Assembly (NCBI GenBank): GCA_964489175.1
Contig: CAZAYA010000001.1
Location: 1 to 60,588, forward strand
Length of the DNA: 60,588 bases
Direction of reading: 5' to 3'
From: an uncultured Flavobacteriales bacterium
Lineage (GTDB): Bacteria; Bacteroidota; Bacteroidia; Flavobacteriales_D; CAYVSK01
In this document: piece by piece, positions 55,202 through 60,588 of the stretch
Layout: every line of letters begins with the position of its first letter
How positions within the stretch are numbered: position 1 is the first letter of the stretch
Program-made: the position numbers and the translations under genes
Notes under the pieces: model-generated
What the model was told of the DNA's origin: nothing
Seen by the model: only the letters and a program-made list of their open reading frames with translations
Databases searched by the model: none

Positions 55202-55371
55202 GATGGATCAGTTTGGGGGCGCAACTGTATCTGTTTAGACGTGGATCGGGAAACAGGTGTTGCTTGGACGATCTATCTTCTTATTCATGGGTGGCTGCAC
55301 GAATATAATGATCCAATATAGAAGCCGCGATCCGCGGGATGAAGAAAACATCACTTCTTCCTTCCTGAAGG

Positions 55372-56313
55372 TCAGTAATAAGCAGGACATTTAGTCTGGG
55401 ACTTGCCATACTGTGGACAAGCATAGATCCCCAGGGTTACTTCATGGGTATTAGCACTGCCCAGGCGGATCTTAGAAGTAGTAAAATCAAAGGAATAGCC
55501 TACGGAAAAATATTTCAGGAAGTTCACCCTGACCAATGCCGCCACAGCATCGATGTTCCGGTAGCTCAAACCCAGCGCAAGCCGCTCTTTGTATTCGCCC
55601 AGTATGTTCACGTCGATGGCCGGACTGGACAAGGGGGCGAATTTGATCAAAGCAGAAGGTGTATAAGTGATCGGCTCTCCTTTCACTTCGAACTGCTTTC
55701 CCCCTACCAATGCATAATGATGCCGCAAACGGGAATCATTCCCGATGCCGTTCAATTTATTGGCGATCACCTGCCGGATGGAAAAGCCGACATAAAAATC
55801 ATCAGAATAGACCCATATACCAGGCGTAATATCAGGAGCAACGTACAGGACCTTGGAACCCTGAATAGCCGGATCCCCGAAGTCGGTAAGGGTGACCTTA
55901 CTGGCATCGAGCGTGTATTGCTTTATCCCGGCATGTAGCCCTGCTGCTCCATATATACGCAAAGTCAGGGGCACATGGAAAGCATAGGACAAATAGGCCC
56001 CGGTATAGCCGATCGGACCGGTCTGATCGCTTTCCACTTTCCCTCCGATCCCGTGGATCGTCCGCAGGATGTTCTTTCCTTTCTGGGGCAACCTTCCATT
56101 GGCCGAGGCATAGATCGAGCGCGGTGCTCCTTCGAATCCTACCCATTGGGAACGATATCCCATATGCACATCAATGCATTCTTTACTACCCGCCACTGCC
56201 GGATTCAGGTTGAAATGATCGAAAAGGTATTGTGTATACTGGGACACCTGCTGAGCCGACCCCATAGTAGGTAGCAATATGCAAGCGATAAGAAGAAGCC
56301 GGTTCAGCATCAT
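55372..56313 (-). CDS. PorP/SprF-family type IX secretion system membrane protein (partner of the 754-aa cargo)
   Basis: MMLNRLLLIACILLPTMGSAQQVSQYTQYLFDHFNLNPAVAGS. Collinear with 43188-44126. Starts 1 nt after the stop of the upstream cargo gene. Confidence 0.9.
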   Translation of the reverse strand: MMLNRLLLIACILLPTMGSAQQVSQYTQYLFDHFNLNPAVAGSKECIDVHMGYRSQWVGFEGAPRSIYASANGRLPQKGKNILRTIHGIGGKVESDQTGPIGYTGAYLSYAFHVPLTLRIYGAAGLHAGIKQYTLDASKVTLTDFGDPAIQGSKVLYVAPDITPGIWVYSDDFYVGFSIRQVIANKLNGIGNDSRLRHHYALVGGKQFEVKGEPITYTPSALIKFAPLSSPAIDVNILGEYKERLALGLSYRNIDAVAALVRVNFLKYFSVGYSFDFTTSKIRLGSANTHEVTLGIYACPQYGKSQTKCPAYY

Positions 56314-56314
56314 A

Positions 56315-58579
56315 TCAGTAGATAATGGTCACAGACCCTTTGAAGACATCTTTTCCTCCTTCTTCCTCCCGGTTGAGATCGATGACATAATAGTAGGTCG
56401 CAGCCGGCAATTCTCTACCATTGCGAGTCCCATCCCACCGCTGGTCATCATTATAGCCGATGGAATGAAAAACGCGTTGCCCCCAGCGATCATAAACGGT
56501 GACCTTAGAATTCTCGTAATTCTTGATCCGCTGGATCTTCCAGGTGTCATTGTAGCCATCTCCATTAGGAGTGAACGTATTGGGCACCTGGATCAACTTA
56601 ATTACCTTAACGGTCTGGTCGAGTGTGGTATCACAACCCTCGTAGGTTACGTTAACAAAATAAGTGGTGGTTTCCTGAGGGGATGCAGTAGGAGTAGCGC
56701 TGGAAGAACTGCTGAGGCTGGAAGCCGGCTCCCAGGTATAGCTACTCCCCCCCGAAGCACTCAGATCAGTGCTTTCCTCTTCTCCGATGACCTTATCCGG
56801 CCCGACCGAGCCTGTAAACTCCGTCACGCTCATGGTCACAGAATTGGAAGTAGCCGTAGCGGAACAATTTCCTTCAGGGGTCACTTCACAAGAGACCTGA
56901 ACGCCATCCGACAAGCCGGTGACCGAAAAGGAGGTCTCCGTACCGCTATAGATCTCACTACCATCGCTGTAGCATCTAAAGGTCGGGGTTCTCCCGGCAT
57001 CGGTCGTATCCATGGTGAAGGTAGTGGTCTCGTTATCGCACACCTCCGTCTTGTCAGCTGAAAGGGTAAGTGCTGGGTTGTGGCTGTCTTGCCGGGCCAC
57101 GGTTACTGTATTGGAAACGGCCGTATCCGGATAAAAACAGGGGGAAGGGTCCACCAGCTCGGCATGGACCTGATCACCATCGGACAAAGCTCCGTTGGTA
57201 TAGGTATTCCCGCCCGACTGGACCTGGCCCCCATTCAGGTACCATTCCACGCTCGAGCTGGTACTGGCATTGTTGGTGGTGGCCGTGAAGGTCACATCAT
57301 CGCCGGGACAGGAAGGGTTGGGAGTAGCTGTAATGCTTACAGAAGCCGTATCCGGAGGCGTTTCCGGAACACTTACATTATTCACGGTAAAGGTGCAGCT
57401 GTTATCATCGGTGATGGTAACATCATAAGTACCGGCGGGAAGGTCCATGGCAGTCTGCGTGGCCTGGTTGTTCCCGTCGTTCCATTGATAGGAATAAGGG
57501 GGGGCACCACCGGTCACATTATCAACAGAAGCAGACCCGTTGCTCTGGCCACAATCTGCAGTCGTCGTGCTTGTCGCAGCCTGGGTGATCCCATCCTCGT
57601 TCTCCAGGATGAGGTTGACCGTATCAGTACACCCATCCGACCCTGTGACCACGATCTGCTGCGTTCCCGGAGCCACTCCGGTAAAGGAGGAATCGGTCTG
57701 GGTCACATCTCCGTTCAGGTCGAATTGATAAGGCGCCTGCCCTCCCATAATGTTCGTCAAATGGATCTCTCCGTCATCAGCGGAACAAGTAGCGCTTACC
57801 GTATCGACTGTTCCCGCATCCGGGGGGTTGATCTGACCCACCACGACCGAATTGGTCATCACGGTACAGCCGTTATCATCTTTCACGGTCACCGAATAAC
57901 TACCGGCGGCCAGACCGGTAAAGGAATTCGATGCCTGATAGGAACCGCCGTTCAGGGAATAAGTATAGGGGGCGGTACCGCCGGATGTATTGGTCACATC
58001 GACCTGTCCTCCGGTACCCCCACAGGTCTTGTCAGTCGATGTCGCGGAGGCCGTCATGTTCACCGCCGGGCCACTGACCTCGATGGTAAAGTCGCATTCA
58101 CTGGCTGCCGCTCCATCCACCTGCACCCAATATTGGGTATTATTGGACAACCCTGTAGCCGAAAGGGAGAATCCGGAAGCGGAACCATGCTCACAATTCG
58201 AAACAGCACTGTAAGTAGTGGGATCACAGGCGGTACCGGCGGACAAGACCACCCCTTGCAATCCCGAAGCATTCCCACTCAGGCATTGCAGATCTGATAG
58301 GTCGATGGTAGCATCCCCCCCATTGTCGTTGGTCATGAAGGAAAACCATACTGAGTTCTGGTTAGCATAACAAAAAGCCGGGGTGGCTGCCGTATCATCA
58401 GCACAACCGGAACAAGTATTCGAAGTTGCATTAATAGTAGAAGAAGAGACCGGTGTTCCCGGACACAAGGCCATTGCATTCCCGCAATCGTCATTGGAAG
58501 GTTGTCCGAATGCGAAAAAGGGGAAAAAACAAAGGAATCCAAGCCAACAGGCCTTATCCGGGAAGCAGCCGTACTTCAT
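56315..58579 (-). CDS. T9SS type-B-CTD cargo: Cys-rich N-domain, SprB-type repeats, Ig-like domains
   Basis: C-terminal FTPNGDGYNDTWKIQRIKNYENSKVTVYDRWGQRVFHSIGYNDDQRWDGTRNGRELPAATYYYVIDL (type B CTD). About three SprB-type units (e.g. ADCGQSNGSASVDNVTGGAPPYSYQWNDG...VTITDDNSC). Start set to ATG 58579 (MKYGCFPDKACWLGFLCFFPFFAFGQ signal peptide), because a TATTTTTG box lies 6 nt upstream. The tracked 58702 start was rejected. Confidence 0.88.
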   Translation of the reverse strand: MKYGCFPDKACWLGFLCFFPFFAFGQPSNDDCGNAMALCPGTPVSSSTINATSNTCSGCADDTAATPAFCYANQNSVWFSFMTNDNGGDATIDLSDLQCLSGNASGLQGVVLSAGTACDPTTYSAVSNCEHGSASGFSLSATGLSNNTQYWVQVDGAAASECDFTIEVSGPAVNMTASATSTDKTCGGTGGQVDVTNTSGGTAPYTYSLNGGSYQASNSFTGLAAGSYSVTVKDDNGCTVMTNSVVVGQINPPDAGTVDTVSATCSADDGEIHLTNIMGGQAPYQFDLNGDVTQTDSSFTGVAPGTQQIVVTGSDGCTDTVNLILENEDGITQAATSTTTADCGQSNGSASVDNVTGGAPPYSYQWNDGNNQATQTAMDLPAGTYDVTITDDNSCTFTVNNVSVPETPPDTASVSITATPNPSCPGDDVTFTATTNNASTSSSVEWYLNGGQVQSGGNTYTNGALSDGDQVHAELVDPSPCFYPDTAVSNTVTVARQDSHNPALTLSADKTEVCDNETTTFTMDTTDAGRTPTFRCYSDGSEIYSGTETSFSVTGLSDGVQVSCEVTPEGNCSATATSNSVTMSVTEFTGSVGPDKVIGEEESTDLSASGGSSYTWEPASSLSSSSSATPTASPQETTTYFVNVTYEGCDTTLDQTVKVIKLIQVPNTFTPNGDGYNDTWKIQRIKNYENSKVTVYDRWGQRVFHSIGYNDDQRWDGTRNGRELPAATYYYVIDLNREEEGGKDVFKGSVTIIY

Positions 58580-58585
58580 GCCCAA

Positions 58586-58593
58586 CAAAAATA
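58586..58593 (-). promoter_or_regulatory. -7 box TATTTTTG for the type-B cargo / PorP-SprF operon
   Basis: CAAAAATA on the + strand is an exact TAnnTTTG match on the - strand, 6 nt upstream of ATG 58579. Confidence 0.5.
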
Positions 58594-58647
58594 AACAACT
58601 TCGCCGGACGGGGCCTCCAAGATAGAATGAAGGCATGCCGATCCTTG

Positions 58648-58655
58648 TATCTTTG
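58648..58655 (+). promoter_or_regulatory. -7 box TATCTTTG for the divergent beta-barrel/Ig-repeat gene
   Basis: Exact TAnnTTTG match 60 nt upstream of ATG 58716. Confidence 0.4.
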
Positions 58656-58715
58656 TGGGAGAGAGTTCTGGTATGGAAATTGCCTTCCCATTCTACCATC
58701 AACCCCTCTTATACC

Positions 58716-60587
58716 ATGAGCCGATCGCTGATAGCTACTATTTTTCTGGGGATCCTCTTTCTTCCTCTTCTCTCTTCAGCGCAGGATACTGCTGAACCGG
58801 AAGATACCGGCTGGCGACTGGGGCTGAACATCGGTAGTGCCCATCAAGGAAAACCTTTCGGAGAGCAGGATGTCCGATCTACTTTCGGAGGTGGTCTTGG
58901 ATTCACACTGGGACGAATGGCCTATCATAAACCCGGCCGGTTCTTCAGCCTTGGAATACGAGGGCGGTTCCTTTGGCTCCGCACTACCGGACAGGGACTT
59001 TCCCCCTCCTATGGACTGGAGAAGAACTACATCCTGAACGGAACCTACCGGAGTTCTCTGAATTATCGGACTTCTCCCGGCTATGTATATCCGAATTACC
59101 GAATGGAAGCCCGGGAATACGGGCTGGAAGCCATTCTGACCTTCAATCGCTTGCTCGAAAAGACCCAAGTACTTGCTTATGTTTTCGGGGGCGGCGAGAT
59201 CGTGAACAATCAGATCAAAGTAGACCAACTTGATGAGAACGGGGATCCTTATGACTACGGTCAGATCGACCCCAATGCTTCTTCCGACAAGATCCGTGAC
59301 CAATTGAGGAACATGCGGGACGGTGACTATGAGACCACGGCGCAGGGCGGTGCCATCGAGAACGACTTCATGCCGGATGCCGGAATAGGACTGGGATACC
59401 AGATCACGCCCAAATTATCGGTGGTAGCGGAACACAAGGTCACCTTTGCTTTGAAAGACCTGATCGATGGATACAAATGGACCGATCAAAATACAGCCAC
59501 TTCCCGGAACGACATCTACCATTATACCGGTATAGGCCTTCGGCTCCGGCTCTACAACGACTCCAACAACCCTCCTGAACCTAAGGAGAAGGAAGAAGGA
59601 ACGACCGATCCTCCCGACCGGTCTTCTTCGGAAAAGATCCAGGATGACCCCCCGAAGAAAGACCCTGTACCACCTCCTTCCATCGATTACCAGGAACCAC
59701 CTTCCGACCCTTACACTGTTAAGACCGAACGGTACAACCTTTTGGTTAGTATCGAGAACGTTGAGAAGAAGGAAAACATCGAACTACAAGTCAACGGCCT
59801 GGATCAACCCAACTTCAAATTCTACCCTTCAGGGGGTACTTTACGGGCCGGCATCCGCCTGAAAGAAGGGCGAAACCATGTAAACCTCAAAGCAAGGAAT
59901 ACCGCCGGTTCTGCAGAAGAATCCGTGGTGATCATCCGGGAGAAAGAAACCCCCTCCCAGGATCCTCCTGAAGTCACTTTCACTTCTCCTTCCCGGAACC
60001 CTTACCGAACGACCAACAAGCAATATAAAGTGCAGGCGCAGGTCCAACATGTTGAGAAAAGGGATCAACTTACTTTCTTCCTCAATGGTATGAAAAGTAA
60101 CCGTTTCCAATTTTCTCCCTCCTCCGGGAAATTCCAAAGCACCATCAACCTCCAGGAAGGAGCAACAGTTTTGGAACTGAGTGCCCGCAACCAGGCAGGG
60201 ACCGCCAGCGATAAAGTGGTCCTTTCCCGGGAGGCTCCCACCCTTCCAACCCCTTCCGTCCGGATCCTTTCCCCGGCAAAAGACCCTTACGTTACTGATC
60301 AGGAACGGGGAACGGTAAAAGCGCGAGCAGAGCATGTCAAACAAAAGAATGAGGTCAAGGTCTTCGTGAACGGTACTGCCACCCGGGAGTTTTCTTTCAA
60401 CGCCTCCAATGGGAGGATCCTACTATCCACCCGGCTGATCGAGGGGAACAACCAGGTCGAGATAAAAGTAACCACCGATGGGGGGGCGGACCGGGCCGGC
60501 ACCACCCTCCGATACCAACCGCCATCCCCCACCCCTCCCCAGATCACCCTCCAACACCCCAGCTCTTCCCCTCATCGGACGAGAAAT
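58716..60587 (+). CDS. 3'-open CDS not in the ORF track: signal peptide + beta-barrel-like N-domain + tandem ~90-aa Ig-like repeats (continues past window end)
   Basis: I translated it codon by codon: ATG 58716, then 624 sense codons to the window edge with no stop. MSRSLIATIFLGILFLPLLSSAQD signal peptide. Gly/aromatic strand-like N-domain (GWRLGLNIGSA..., GIGLGYQITPKLSVVAEHKVTF, YHYTGIGLRLRLY). Pro-rich linker. Then at least 3.2 repeats of pattern P..(I/V).(F/I/L).P...PY.T......V.A.V..V..K..(I/V/L).(V/F/L)..NG. Confidence 0.85.
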   Translation, partial: MSRSLIATIFLGILFLPLLSSAQDTAEPEDTGWRLGLNIGSAHQGKPFGEQDVRSTFGGGLGFTLGRMAYHKPGRFFSLGIRGRFLWLRTTGQGLSPSYGLEKNYILNGTYRSSLNYRTSPGYVYPNYRMEAREYGLEAILTFNRLLEKTQVLAYVFGGGEIVNNQIKVDQLDENGDPYDYGQIDPNASSDKIRDQLRNMRDGDYETTAQGGAIENDFMPDAGIGLGYQITPKLSVVAEHKVTFALKDLIDGYKWTDQNTATSRNDIYHYTGIGLRLRLYNDSNNPPEPKEKEEGTTDPPDRSSSEKIQDDPPKKDPVPPPSIDYQEPPSDPYTVKTERYNLLVSIENVEKKENIELQVNGLDQPNFKFYPSGGTLRAGIRLKEGRNHVNLKARNTAGSAEESVVIIREKETPSQDPPEVTFTSPSRNPYRTTNKQYKVQAQVQHVEKRDQLTFFLNGMKSNRFQFSPSSGKFQSTINLQEGATVLELSARNQAGTASDKVVLSREAPTLPTPSVRILSPAKDPYVTDQERGTVKARAEHVKQKNEVKVFVNGTATREFSFNASNGRILLSTRLIEGNNQVEIKVTTDGGADRAGTTLRYQPPSPTPPQITLQHPSSSPHRTRN

Positions 60588-60588
60588 G

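Noticed and set aside
58776-60547. Minus-strand ORFs 58776-59303, 59841-60344 and 60299-60547 at the right edge
   Set aside because: They are antisense to the 624-codon open plus-strand frame, which has a signal peptide and ordered repeats. Their products are low-complexity with no start context.

Overview
Dense (about 96% coding) 60.6-kb chromosomal segment of a gliding/T9SS-type Bacteroidota genome, probably Saprospiria/Cytophagia-like. The taxon is inferred from T9SS type A and type B C-terminal sorting domains, two PorP/SprF genes, SprB repeats, bshC and TAnnTTTG -7 promoter boxes. I support 37 CDSs, 12 candidate -7 promoter boxes, 3 hairpin terminators and 5 low-complexity intergenic repeat blocks. 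I found no rRNA, tRNA, CRISPR array, transposase, integrase or reverse transcriptase. Most of 0-22 kb and 27-43 kb is housekeeping: ABC ATPase, SCO1, PIG-L deacetylase + Na+/solute symporter, aminotransferase, rfaE, trkH, ubiE, porT-like, DUF2779 nuclease, bshC, guaA, LysM protein, hemF, arginase, argS, ffh, folD, kdsC, ubiA-family, maf, nhaC. The accessory content is cell-surface machinery. (1) 22.2-26.9 kb holds two type-A-CTD T9SS cargos, one a 1232-aa SBBP/SprB-repeat mosaic. (2) 32.2-37.9 kb holds duplicated TPR-PD40-OmpA-like fusion genes flanking a beta-barrel gene. (3) 43.2-58.6 kb holds two tandem 'type-B-CTD cargo -> PorP/SprF' modules, including an 11-kb, 3691-aa SprB-repeat adhesin gene. 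(4) A 3'-open CDS at 58716-end is absent from the ORF track and encodes a beta-barrel plus tandem Ig-like repeats. I see no convincing defence or mobile system. The most interesting items are the adhesin/T9SS locus with its divergent partner gene, the CpoB/TolB/Pal-like fusion pair, a family of stop-codon-rich intergenic repeats carrying an SD/anti-SD-like octamer, and a recurrent leaderless promoter architecture that corrects several start codons. All domain calls come from reading motifs by eye; no database search was run.
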